From Balanoglossus misakiensis (taxonomy: Eukaryota > Animalia > Hemichordata), in contig CM082578.2 of the NCBI GenBank assembly GCA_040954595.2, forward strand, positions 2,214,831 to 2,278,830: 64,000 bases of DNA, given 5' to 3'. Below, piece after piece: positions 51,606 through 64,000 of this stretch (the first letter of the stretch is position 1; every line of letters starts with the position of its first letter). Both the position numbers and the translations under genes were made by a program. The notes under the pieces are model-generated. The model was not told where the DNA came from and ran no database searches. It saw only the letters and a list, made by a program, of their open reading frames with translations.

Positions 51606-53496
51606 TTATGCGAAATCCAAGCGTAAATTGACTCTGAACTCTTTTAACTTTGAACTTAACGGCAAGCAGTCTAACTCAGGCTCCGAAGCTGCTCAACTTT
51701 TTGCCGATTTTTTTGCCTCTGTTTTCACTGAAAACAATGACCCTAATTTACCTGAGCTTAATTATCCTTGCTTTGGGCAACTCTCACATGTCAATATCAG
51801 TACCCAGAGTATTGAGAAAGCCATCGCATCTCTTGACTTGAACAAAGCCAGTGGCCCGGATGGTTTATCCGCCCGTGTCATTAAACACTGTTCAGATGTT
51901 ATTGTTGTCCCCCTCCAGATTTTATTCCAAAAATCAATTTATCTGGGACAGTTTCCTACCAAGTACAAACAGGCCAATGTTGTCCCCATTTTTAAATCTG
52001 GTCGCCAATCCTTTGTTGAGAATTACCGCCCCATCTCCTTGTTGCCTCTTTTTGCTAAGATTTTTGAAGCTGTTATTGTCCCTCATATCTACCAGCATGT
52101 TCGACCAAACATATCCATTTATCAGCATGGATTTGTTAAAAATAGATCTACCACAACAAACTTAGTGGCTTACACTGATTTCATTTCAGCTTCATTGAAC
52201 AACAAAGAACAGGTAGATTCAATCTACACTGATTTTAGCAAGGCGTCTGACAGTGTCTGTCACACACTACTGCTGTACAAAGCCGCCAAATTTGGTATAT
52301 GTGGCAATTTGCACAGCTGGCTGGCGTCGTATCTCCATCTCAGACAACAGAGGGTGGTGTTTGGCAGTCACTCGTCAAACAGCTTCACTGCTACATCGGG
52401 GGTCCCACAAGGTTCACTCTTGGGGCCACTACTTTTTGTAATGTATATAAATGATATATCACTGTTAGATATTTCTGCAAAGCTCAGCATGTATGCCGAC
52501 GATGCTAAGATTTACCGTACCATCACCTCCTCCGCTGATTGTGACTTGTTACAGAAAGACCTTGATAAATTTGCTCTCTGGTGTGACAACTGGAAGTTGT
52601 CACCTAATATCAATAAATGCAAATTCATCAGTTTCACCCTAAAGAAAAGGGTTATTTCATCTACTGACTACTCTATCAATGGCACTCCCCTTCAACGTGT
52701 TTCTGTAATCAAGGACTTGGGCATATACCTTACTTCTAATCTCAATTATTCTTTTCACATAAATAACACAGTATCCAGAGCCTTCAAATCTCTGGGTTTT
52801 ATTAAGCGCCTCTGCCAGCCTTTTAATGACATGTCCGCAATTATTTCTCTATATTTTGTTTATGTAAGATCTATTCTAGAGTATGGCTCTGTTGTGTGGT
52901 CACCCCACCAACAGGGCCTGTCAGACAAGATTGAGCGGGTACAAATTAAGTTTGTGAAGTACATTTGTTGCAAACTCAATATTCACTGCAGCAGGTCCAG
53001 CTACCCTATTTATTGTAGATTACTGAATATCCCAATGTTATATAACAGAAGATTCACCCTTGACATGTGTTTTTTATACAAAATTATCCACTCACAGTAT
53101 GATTCACCTGGTATTTTAAATCAAATATGTTTTTATGCCCCTAGTAGAAATTTACGCAAGAAACCCTTTTTTAAACCCGACTTGTGCTCCGTTAATTGTA
53201 GAAAATTCTCGACAATGCTCAGATGCATGTCTGCTTTTAATGAGATTTCTTCTAAATGTAATATTGATATTTTTTCTACGCTCCATAGTTTTAAATCTAT
53301 TTTATCCAGTCATTTTAATGGTACTGTTCCTTGATTTCTATTTATATTTTACGTGACATGTGTTACTTTTTTCGGTGTCTTGTTTATCAGTTAGTTTTTG
53401 TTTTGTGATTTAATTGTTTTTATTGTTTCCCAGATCTGTAAGTGGGTTTGCCCGTTGATCTGTGTAATAAATAAATAAATAAAAAAAAAAAAAAAA
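51606..53496 (+). mobile_element. LINE family A, copy A3 (lacks the 5' ~1.13 kb and ~345 bp of spacer)
   Basis: TTA microhomology at the 5' junction (spacer GAATTTAGCG / element GGTTATGCG); same 3' junction (A16 then GTAAGCT); no left TSD. Confidence 0.9.
51628..53334 (+). pseudogene. LINE RT domain only (568 aa), FSKAFD changed to FSKASD
   Basis: Open frame matching the C-terminal part of A1; APE absent. Confidence 0.85.
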
Positions 53497-53728
53497 GTAA
53501 GCTGGACACTACTCACTCCGAGCCCGACCTGGTAATTTGTATGTTGTCCATCGAGCGCCTATAGCTTAGACCTACACAGGAGAGAACGGTTTATGAAGTT
53601 ATGTTCAACAAAAATATATGATCATGGAATTAAAGAATTTGGAGAAAAAAAATATAATTAAAAATGGACGTTTACGACGACAAAAAGGAAGACTGTTTAA
53701 TGCAAAAGTTAAGAAAAAGGAAAAATTC

Positions 53729-53848
53729 AAGCCTACGGCACGTGGTATTCCCAGGCGGTCACCCATCCAAGTACTAACCACGCCCAACGCAGCTTAATTT
53801 CGGTGATCGGACGAGAACCGGTGTATTCGACGTGGTATGGCCGTAGGC
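53729..53848 (-). rRNA. 5S rRNA: 5S rRNA (copy 36, G51A variant)
   Basis: Same variant as copy 8. Confidence 0.96.
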
Positions 53849-54793
53849 AAACACTGCTTGAATTTCTACAATTATTAAGCAAACGGAAGCTTCACTAACA
53901 CATAGGCGTACACACAGAGCACGCGGCACGATAATTGTGTGCGTGGCCAGCTGATTGACCGACCCTATCTTATAATTTATATGGGAGAGAGCGGTTTTGT
54001 CTTGTTATATCCTACAAAAAGTGACCATATTAAAGTGGAGAAATAATGACCTGATAATTTGTGTGGCCGATCGACCGTCCCTATCTAAGGCCTATATTGG
54101 CATGTTATGCAAGACACACTATTCGAAATAACGCCTGTCCGACAGTCCGAGACTGGTTGTTTTTCCATCAGACTGATAGTAAAAAAGTTACCAGTCCGGC
54201 GGACAGGTTGAATTTAGCGTGGAGTTGACTTGTTTGCGGTATCATAGACGTACGTGACCCCATCGTGACCCTGGCTGTCCGGGATAGCACCACCAACGAT
54301 ATCTTTTAGACCATCCTCTGTTTATTAGGCCCCTATTGCAATTAATTACCGTCCCTATCTTATATTGGAGGGCACGGGTTTGTCTTGGCATGTTATGCAA
54401 AACACTTGAAAGATGAATTTTTTTTTTAAATGACGTTTATGACATACAGATGTAACCGACCCCATAAGGTCCCAATGGTATATATTTACATCATACACCA
54501 AATTGGACTTAAAAACCAAAAATTGAAAGCCGCTGGAGTTTCTGCGACTATGAACTCAACGTAAGCTGGACACTACTCACTCCGAGCCCGACCTGGTAAT
54601 TTGTATGTTGTCCATCGAGCGCCTATAGCTTAGACCTATACAGGAGAGAACGGTTTATGAAGTGATGTTCAACAAAAATATATGATCATGGAATTAAAGA
54701 ATTTGGAGAAAAAAAAATATAATTAAAAATGGACGTTTACGACGACAAAAAGGAAGACTGTTTAATGCAAAAGTTAAGAAAAAGGAAAAATTC

Positions 54794-54913
54794 AAGCCTA
54801 CGGCACGTGGTATTCCCAGGCGGTCACCCATCCAAGTACTAACCACGCCCAACGCAGCTTAACTTCGGTGATCGGACGAGAACCGGTGTATTCGACGTGG
54901 TATGGCCGTAGGC
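54794..54913 (-). rRNA. 5S rRNA: 5S rRNA (copy 37)
   Basis: Same 120-nt sequence as copy 1. Confidence 0.96.
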
Positions 54914-55855
54914 AAACACTGCTTGAATTTCTACAATTATTAAGCAAACGGAAGCTTCACTAACACATAGGCGTACACACAGAGCACGCGGCACGATAAT
55001 TGTGTGCGTGGCCAGCTGATTGACAGACCCTATCTTATAATTTATATGGGAGAGAGCGGTTTTGTCTTGTTATATCCTACAAAAAGTGACCATATTAAAG
55101 TGGAGAAATAATGACCTGATAATTTGTGTGGCCGATCGACCGTCCCTATCTAAGGCCTATATTGGTATGTTATGCAAGACACACTATTCGAAATAACGCC
55201 TGTCCGACAGTCCGAGACTGGTTGTTTCTCCATCAGACTGATAGTAAAAAAGTTACCAGTCTGGCGGACAGGTTGAATTTAGCGTGGAGTTGACTTGTTT
55301 GCGGTATCATAGACGTACGTGACCCCATCGTGACCCTGGCTGTCCGGGATAGCACCACCAACGATATCTTTTAGACCATCCTCTGTTTATTAGGCCCCTA
55401 TTGCAATTAATTACCGTCCCTATCTTATATTGGAGGGAACGGGTTTGTCTTGGCATGTTATGCAAAACACTTGAAAGATGAATTTTTTTTTTAATGACGT
55501 TTATGACATACAGATGTAACCGACCCCATAAGGTCCCAATGGTATATATTTACATCATACACCAAATTGGACTTAAAACCAAAAATTGAAAGCCGCTGGA
55601 GTTTCTGCGACTATGAACTCAACGTAAGCTGGACACTACTCACTCCGAGCCCGACCTGGTAATTTGTATGTTGTCCATCGAGCGCCTATAGCTTAGACCT
55701 ATACAGGAGAGAACGGTTTATGAAGTTATGTTCAACAAAAATATATGATCATGGAATTAAAGAATTTGGAGAAAAAAAATATAATTAAAAATGGACGTTT
55801 ACGACGACAAAAAGGAAGACTGTTTAATGCAAAAGTTAAGAAAAAGGAAAAATTC

Positions 55856-55975
55856 AAGCCTACGGCACGTGGTATTCCCAGGCGGTCACCCATCCAAGTA
55901 CTAACCACGCCCAACGCAGCTTAACTTCGGTGAACGGACGAGAACCGGTGTATTCGACGTGGTATGGCCGTAGGC
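55856..55975 (-). rRNA. 5S rRNA: 5S rRNA (copy 38, A42U variant)
   Basis: Same variant as copy 2. Confidence 0.96.
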
Positions 55976-56921
55976 AAACACTGCTTGAATTTCTACAATT
56001 ATTAAGCAAACGGAAGCTTCACTAACACATAGGCGTACACACAGAGCACGCGGCACGATAATTGTGTGCGTGGCCAGCTGATTGACCGACCCTATCTTAT
56101 AATTTATATGGGAGAGAGCGGTTTTGTCTTGTTATATCCTACAAAAAGTGACCATATTAAAGTGGAGAAATAATGACCTGATAATTTGTGTGGCCGATCG
56201 ACCGTCCCTATCTAAGGCCTATATTGGCATGTTATGCAAGACACACTATTCGAAATAACGCCTGTCCGACAGTCCGAGACTGGTTGTTTTTCCATCAGAC
56301 TGATAGTAAAAAAGTTACCAGTCCGGCGGACAGGTTGAATTTAGCGTGGAGTTGACTTGTTTGCGGTATCATAGACGTACGTGACCCCATCGTGACCCTG
56401 GCTGTCCGGGATAGCACCACCAACGATATCTTTTAGACCATCCTCTGTTTATTAGGCCCCTATTGCAATTAATTACCGTCCCTATCTTATATTGGAGGGC
56501 ACGGGTTTGTCTTGCCATGTTATGCAAAACACTTGAAAGATGAATTTTTTTTTTTAAATGACGTTTATGACATACAGATGTAACCGACCCCATAAGGTCC
56601 CAATGGTATATATTTACATCATACACCAAATTGGACTTAAAAACCAAAAATTGAAAGCCGCTGGAGTTTCTGCGACTATGAACTCAACGTAAGCTGGACA
56701 CTACTCACTCCGAGCCCGACCTGGTAATTTGTATGTTGTCCATCGAGCGCCTATAGCTTAGACCTATACAGGAGAGAACGGTTTATGAAGTTATGTTCAA
56801 CAAAAATATATGATCATGGAATTAAAGAATTTGGAGAAAAAAAAATATAATTAAAAATGGACGTTTACGACGACAAAAAGGAAGACTGTTTAATGCAAAA
56901 GTTAAGAAAAAGGAAAAATTC

Positions 56922-57041
56922 AAGCCTACGGCACGTGGTATTCCCAGGCGGTCACCCATCCAAGTACTAACCACACCCAACGCAGCTTAACTTCGGTGAT
57001 CGGACGAGAACCGGTGTATTCGACGTGGTATGGCCGTAGGC
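56922..57041 (-). rRNA. 5S rRNA: 5S rRNA (copy 39, C67U variant)
   Basis: Substitution at 56975. Confidence 0.96.
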
Positions 57042-57987
57042 AAACACTGCTTGAATTTCTACAATTATTAAGCAAACGGAAGCTTCACTAACACATAGGC
57101 GTACACACAGAGCACGCGGCACGATAATTGTGTGCGTGGCCAGCTGATTGACCGACCCTATCTTATAATTTATATGGGAGAGAGCGGTTTTGTCTTGTTA
57201 TATCCCACAAAAAGTGACCATATTAAAGTGGAGAAATAATGACCTGATAATTTGTGTGGCCGATCGACCGTCCCTATCTAAGGCCTATATTGGTATGTTA
57301 TGCAAGACACACTATTCGAAATAACGCCTGTCCGACAGTCCGAGACTGGTTGTTTTTCCATCAGACTGATAGTAAAAAAGTTACCAGTCCGGCGGACAGG
57401 TTGAATTTAGCGTGGAGTTGACTTGTTTGCGGTATCATAGACGTACGTGACCCCATCGTGACCCTGGCTGTCCGGGATAGCACCACCAACGATATCTTTT
57501 AGACCATCCTCTGTTTATTAGGCCCCTATTGCAATTAATTACCGTCCCTATCTTATATTGGAGGGCACGGGTTTGTCTTGGCATGTTATGCAAAACACTT
57601 GAAAGATGAATTTTTTTTTTTAAATGTCGTTTATGACATACAGATGTAACCGACCCCATAAGGTCCCAATGGTATATATTTACATCATACACCAAATTGG
57701 ACTTAAAAACCAAAAATTGAAAGCCGCTGGAGTTTCTGCGACTATGAACTCAACGTAAGCTGGACACTACTCACTCCGAGCCCGACCTGGTAATTTGTAT
57801 GTTGTCCATCGAGCGCCTATAGCTTAGACCTATACAGGAGAGAACGGTTTATGAAGTTATGTTCAACAAAAATATATGATCATGGAATTAAAGAATTTGG
57901 AGAAAAAAAAATATAATTAAAAATGGACGTTTACGACGACAAAAAGGAAGACTGTTTAATGCAAAAGTTAAGAAAAAGGAAAAATTC

Positions 57988-58107
57988 AAGCCTACGGCAC
58001 GTGGTATTCCCAGGCGGTCACCCATCCAAGTACTAACCACGCCCAACGCAGCTTAACTTCGGTGATCGGACGAGAACCGGTGTATTCGACGTGGTATGGC
58101 CGTAGGC
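57988..58107 (-). rRNA. 5S rRNA: 5S rRNA (copy 40)
   Basis: Same 120-nt sequence as copy 1. Confidence 0.96.
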
Positions 58108-59052
58108 AAACACTGCTTGAATTTCTACAATTATTAAGCAAACGGAAGCTTCACTAACACATAGGCGTACACACAGAGCACGCGGCACGATAATTGTGTG
58201 CGTGGCCAGCTGATTGACCGACCCTATCTTATAATTTATATGGGAGAGAGCGGTTTTGTCTTGTTATATCCTACAAAAAGTGACCATATTAAAGTGGAGA
58301 AATAATGACCTGATAATTTGTGTGGCCGATCGACCGTCCCTATCTAAGGCCTATATTGGTATGTTATGCAAGACGCACTATTCGAAATAACGCCTGTCCG
58401 ACAGTCCGAGACTGGTTGTTTCTCCATCAGACTGATAGTAAAAAAGTTACCAGTCCGGCGGACAGGTTGAATTTAGCGTGGAGTTGACTTGTTTGCGGTA
58501 TCATAGACGTACGTGACCCCATCGTGACCCTGGCTGTCCGGGATAGCACCACCAACGATATCTTTTAGACCATCCTCTGTTTATTAGGCCCCTATTGCAA
58601 TTAATTACCGTCCCTATCTTATATTGGAGGGCACGGGTTTGTCTTGGCATGTTATGCAAAACACTTGAAAGATGATTTTTTTTTTTTAAATGACGTTTAT
58701 GACATACAGATGTAACCGACCCCATAAGGTCCCAATGGTATATATTTACATCATACACCAAATTGGACTTAAAAACCAAAAATTGAAAGCCGCTGGAGTT
58801 TCTGCGACTATGAACTCAACGTAAGCTGGACACTACTCACTCCGAGCCCGACCTGGTAATTTGTATGTTGTCCATCGAGCGCCTATAGCTTAGACCTATA
58901 CAGGAGAGAACGGTTTATGAAGTTATGTTCAACAAAAATATATGATCATGGAATTAAAGAATTTGGAGAAAAAAAATATAATTAAAAATGGACGTTTACG
59001 ACGACAAAAAGGAAGACTGTTTAATGCAAAAGTTAAGAAAAATGAAAAATTC

Positions 59053-59172
59053 AAGCCTACGGCACGTGGTATTCCCAGGCGGTCACCCATCCAAGTACTA
59101 ACCACGCCCAACGCAGCTTAACTTCGGTGATCGGACGAGAACCGGTGTATTCGACGTGGTATGGCCGTAGGC
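59053..59172 (-). rRNA. 5S rRNA: 5S rRNA (copy 41)
   Basis: Same 120-nt sequence as copy 1. Confidence 0.96.
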
Positions 59173-60123
59173 AAACACTGCTTGAATTTCTACAATTATT
59201 AAGCAAACGGAAGCTTCACTGACACATAGGCGTACACACAGAGCACGCGGCACGATAATTGTGTGCGTGGCCAGCTGATTGACCGACCCTATCTTATAAT
59301 TTATATGGGAGAGAGCGGTTTTGTCTTGTTATATCCTACAAAAAGTGACCATATTAAAGTGGAGAAATAATGACCTGATAATTTGTGTGGCCGATCGACC
59401 GTCCCTATCTAAGGCCTATATTGGTATGTTATGCAAGACACACTATTCGAAATAACGCCTGTCCGACAGTCCGAGACTGGTTGTTTTTCCATCAGACTGA
59501 TAGTAAAAAAGTTACCAGTCCGGCGGACAGGTTGAATTTAGCGTGGAGTTGACTTGTTTGCGGTATCATAGACGTACATGTACGTGACCCCATCGTGACC
59601 CTGGCTGTCCGGGATAGCACCACCAACGATATCTTTTAGACCATCCTCTGTTTATTAGGCCCCTATTGCAATTAATTACCGTCCCTATCTTATATTGGAG
59701 GGCACGGGTTTGTCTTGGCATGTTATGCAAAACACTTGAAAGATGAATTTTTTTTTTTAAATGACGTTTATGACATACAGATGTAACCGACCCCATAAGG
59801 TCCCAATGGTATATATTTACATCATACACCAAATTGGACTTAAAAACCAAAAATTGAAAGCCGCTGGAGTTTCTGCGACTATGAACTCAACGTAAGCTGG
59901 ACACTACTCACTCCGAGCCCGACCTGGTAATTTGTATGTTGTCCATCGAGCGCCTATAGCTTAGACCTATACAGGAGAGAACGGTTTATGAAGTTATGTT
60001 CAACAAAAATATATGATCATGGAATTAAAGAATTTGGAGAAAAAAAATATAATTAAAAATGGACGTTTACGACGACAAAAAGGAAGACTGTTTAATGCAA
60101 AAGTTAAGAAAAATGAAAAATTC

Positions 60124-60243
60124 AAGCCTACGGCACGTGGTATTCCCAGGCGGTCACCCATCCAAGTACTAACCACGCCCAACGCAGCTTAACTTCGGTG
60201 ATCGGACGAGAACCGGTGTATTCGACGTGGTATGGCCGTAGGC
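60124..60243 (-). rRNA. 5S rRNA: 5S rRNA (copy 42)
   Basis: Same 120-nt sequence as copy 1. Confidence 0.96.
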
Positions 60244-61187
60244 AAACACTGCTTGAATTTCTACAATTATTAAGCAAACGGAAGCTTCACTAACACATAG
60301 GCGTACACACAGAGCACGCGGCACGATAATTGTGTGCGTGGCCAGCTGATTGACCGACCCTATCTTATAATTTATATGGGAGAGAGCGGTTTTGTCTTGT
60401 TATATCCCACAAAAAGTGACCATATTAAAGTGGAGAAATAATGACCTGATAATTTGTGTGGCCGATCGACCGTCCCTATCTAAGGCCTATATTGGTATGT
60501 TATGCAAGACACACTATTCGAAATAACGCCTGTCCGACAGTCCGAGACTGGTTGTTTTTCCATCAGACTGATAGTAAAAAAGTTACCAGTCCGGCGGACA
60601 GGTTGAATTTAGCGTGGAGTTGACTTGTTTGCGGTATCATAGACGTACGTGACCCCATCGTGACCCTGGCTGTCCGGGATAGCACCACCAACGATATCTT
60701 TTAGACCATCCTCTGTTTATTAGGCCCCTATTGCAATTAATTACCGTCCCTATCTTATATTGGAGGGAACGGGTTTGTCTTGGCATGTTATGCAAAACAC
60801 TTGAAAGATGAATTTTTTTTTTAAATGACGTTTATGACATATAGATGTAACCGACCCCATAAGGTCCCAATGGTATATATTTACATCATACACCAAATTG
60901 GACTTAAAAACCAAAAATTGAAAGCCGCTGGAGTTTCTGCGACTATGAACTCAACGTAAGCTGGACACTACTCACTCCGAGCCCGACCTGGTAATTTGTA
61001 TGTTGTCCATCGAGCGCCTATAGCTTAGACCTATACAGGAGAGAACGGTTTATGAAGTTATGTTCAACAAAAATATATGATCATGGAATTAAAGAATTTG
61101 GAGAAAAAAAATATAATTAAAAATGGACGTTTACGACGACAAAAAGGAAGACTGTTTAATGCAAAAGTTAAGAAAAAGGAAAAATTC

Positions 61188-61307
61188 AAGCCTACGGCAC
61201 GTGGTATTCCCAGGCGGTCACCCATCCAAGTACTAACCACGCCCAACGCAGCTTAACTTCGGTGATCGGACGAGAACCGGTGTATTCGACGTGGTATGGC
61301 CGTAGGC
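61188..61307 (-). rRNA. 5S rRNA: 5S rRNA (copy 43)
   Basis: Same 120-nt sequence as copy 1. Confidence 0.96.
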
Positions 61308-62252
61308 AAACACTGCTTGAATTTCTACAATTATTAAGCAAACGGAAGCTTCACTGACACATAGGCGTACACACAGAGCACGCGGCACGATAATTGTGTG
61401 CGTGGCCAGCTGATTGACCGACCCTATCTTATAATTTATATGGGAGAGAGCGGTTTTGTCTTGTTATATCCTACAAAAAGTGACCATATTAAAGTGGAGA
61501 AATAATGACCTGATAATTTGTGTGGCCGATCGACCGTCCCTATCTAAGGCCTATATTGGTATGTTATGCAAGACACACTATTCGAAATAACGCCTGTCCG
61601 ACAGTCCGAGACTGGTTGTTTTTCCATCAGACTGATAGTAAAAAAGTTACCAGTCCGGCGGACAGGTTGAATTTAGCGTGGAGTTGACTTGTTTGCGGTA
61701 TCATAGACGTACGTGACCCCATCGTGACCCTGGCTGTCCGGGATAGCACCACCAACGATATCTTTTAGACCATCCTCTGTTTATTAGGCCCCTATTGCAA
61801 TTAATTACCGTCCCTATCTTATATTGGAGGGCACGGGTTTGTCTTGGCATGTTATGCAAAACACTTGAAAGATGATTTTTTTTTTTTAAATGACGTTTAT
61901 GACATACAGATGTAACCGACCCCATAAGGTCCCAATGGTATATATTTACATCATACACCAAATTGGACTTAAAAACCAAAAATTGAAAGCCGCTGGAGTT
62001 TCTGCGACTATGAACTCAACGTAAGCTGGACACTACTCACTCCGAGCCCGACCTGGTAATTTGTATGTTGTCCATCGAGCGCCTATAGCTTAGACCTATA
62101 CAGGAGAGAACGGTTTATGAAGTTATGTTCAACAAAAATATATGATCATGGAATTAAAGAATTTGGAGAAAAAAAATATAATTAAAAATGGACGTTTACG
62201 ACGACAAAAAGGAAGACTGTTTAATGCAAAAGTTAAGAAAAATGAAAAATTC

Positions 62253-62372
62253 AAGCCTACGGCACGTGGTATTCCCAGGCGGTCACCCATCCAAGTACTA
62301 ACCACGCCCAACGCAGCTTAACTTCGGTGATCGGACGAGAACCGGTGTATTCGACGTGGTATGGCCGTAGGC
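62253..62372 (-). rRNA. 5S rRNA: 5S rRNA (copy 44)
   Basis: Same 120-nt sequence as copy 1. Confidence 0.96.
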
Positions 62373-63323
62373 AAACACTGCTTGAATTTCTACAATTATT
62401 AAGCAAACGGAAGCTTCACTGACACATAGGCGTACACACAGAGCACGCGGCACGATAATTGTGTGCGTGGCCAGCTGATTGACCGACCCTATCTTATAAT
62501 TTATATGGGAGAGAGCGGTTTTGTCTTGTTATATCCTACAAAAAGTGACCATATTAAAGTGGAGAAATAATGACCTGATAATTTGTGTGGCCGATCGACC
62601 GTCCCTATCTAAGGCCTATATTGGTATGTTATGCAAGACACACTATTCGAAATAACGCCTGTCCGACAGTCCGAGACTGGTTGTTTTTCCATCAGACTGA
62701 TAGTAAAAAAGTTACCAGTCCGGCGGACAGGTTGAATTTAGCGTGGAGTTGACTTGTTTGCGGTATCATAGACGTACATGTACGTGACCCCATCGTGACC
62801 CTGGCTGTCCGGGATAGCACCACCAACGATATCTTTTAGACCATCCTCTGTTTATTAGGCCCCTATTGCAATTAATTACCGTCCCTATCTTATATTGGAG
62901 GGCACGGGTTTGTCTTGGCATGTTATGCAAAACACTTGAAAGATGAATTTTTTTTTTTAAATGACGTTTATGACATACAGATGTAACCGACCCCATAAGG
63001 TCCCAATGGTATATATTTACATCATACACCAAATTGGACTTAAAAACCAAAAATTGAAAGCCGCTGGAGTTTCTGCGACTATGAACTCAACGTAAGCTGG
63101 ACACTACTCACTCCGAGCCCGACCTGGTAATTTGTATGTTGTCCATCGAGCGCCTATAGCTTAGACCTATACAGGAGAGAACGGTTTATGAAGTTATGTT
63201 CAACAAAAATATATGATCATGGAATTAAAGAATTTGGAGAAAAAAAATATAATTAAAAATGGACGTTTACGACGACAAAAAGGAAGACTGTTTAATGCAA
63301 AAGTTAAGAAAAATGAAAAATTC

Positions 63324-63443
63324 AAGCCTACGGCACGTGGTATTCCCAGGCGGTCACCCATCCAAGTACTAACCACGCCCAACGCAGCTTAACTTCGGTG
63401 ATCGGACGAGAACCGGTGTATTCGACGTGGTATGGCCGTAGGC
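63324..63443 (-). rRNA. 5S rRNA: 5S rRNA (copy 45)
   Basis: Same 120-nt sequence as copy 1. Confidence 0.96.
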
Positions 63444-64000
63444 AAACACTGCTTGAATTTCTACAATTATTAAGCAAACGGAAGCTTCACTGACACATAG
63501 GCGTACACACAGAGCACGCGGCACGATAATTGTGTGCGTGGCCAGCTGATTGACCGACCCTATCTTATAATTTATATGGGAGAGAGCGGTTTTGTCTTGT
63601 TATATCCTACAAAAAGTGACCATATTAAAGTGGAGAAATAATGACCTGATAATTTGTGTGGCCGATCGACCGTCCCTATCTAAGGCCTATATTGGTATGT
63701 TATGCAAGACACACTATTCGAAATAACGCCTGTCCGACAGTCCGAGACTGGTTGTTTTTCCATCAGACTGATAGTAAAAAAGTTACCAGTCCGGCGGACA
63801 GGTTGAATTTAGCGTGGAGTTGACTTGTTTGCGGTATCATAGACGTACGTGACCCCATCGTGACCCTGGCTGTCCGGGATAGCACCACCAACGATATCTT
63901 TTAGACCATCCTCTGTTTATTAGGCCCCTATTGCAATTAATTACCGTCCCTATCTTATATTGGAGGGAACGGGTTTGTCTTGGCATGTTATGCAAAACAC

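Larger units (their letters stand above)
1..64000 (-). repeat. 5S rDNA tandem array, ~1065-bp unit (120-nt gene + ~945-bp spacer), 45 genes, interrupted by retroelements
   Basis: Near-identical unit recurs every 1062-1072 bp across the whole window; each unit contains the reverse complement of a full 5S rRNA. Confidence 0.98.

Noticed and set aside
51606-53496. A3 as an independent 5'-truncated insertion proving site specificity
   Set aside because: It shares downstream flank SNPs and near-identical sequence with A1; a later microhomology-mediated deletion is the simpler explanation, though not proven.
1-64000. CRISPR-like array
   Set aside because: Units are ~1 kb with identical spacers and eukaryotic 5S genes; no variable spacers or cas genes.

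Overview
Eukaryotic (probably marine invertebrate; taxon not determinable here) 5S rDNA tandem array. I count 45 near-identical 120-nt 5S rRNA genes on the minus strand in a ~1065-bp repeat unit. No host protein-coding gene is present; the recurring 60-aa and 92-aa ORFs are artefacts of the repeat. The spacers carry seven retroelement segments from three families, all on the + strand (antisense to 5S) and none disrupting a 5S gene. (A) A CR1-clade APE-RT LINE in 3 copies (7576-10589, 43737-46629, 51606-53496) at one spacer site, with a 7-bp TSD GTAAGCT in the first two. (B) An L2/Crack-like LINE in 3 copies (23157-25180, 25754-26024, 34262-36288), whose 3' junction lies only 13 bp from that of family A. 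(C) One intact, young Ty3/Gypsy LTR element (26651-31913) with identical 188-bp LTRs, a 5-bp TSD, a tRNA-Ser PBS and a single 1436-aa Gag-Pol with QRDD in RT and altered RNase H catalytic residues. Shared junctions and diagnostic SNPs indicate that most LINE copies were multiplied by array recombination rather than by independent insertion. The spacer also contains a 74-nt hairpin whose feet coincide with three lesions, degenerate internal repeats and, in four units, a TACATGTA motif resembling a Tc1/mariner excision footprint.
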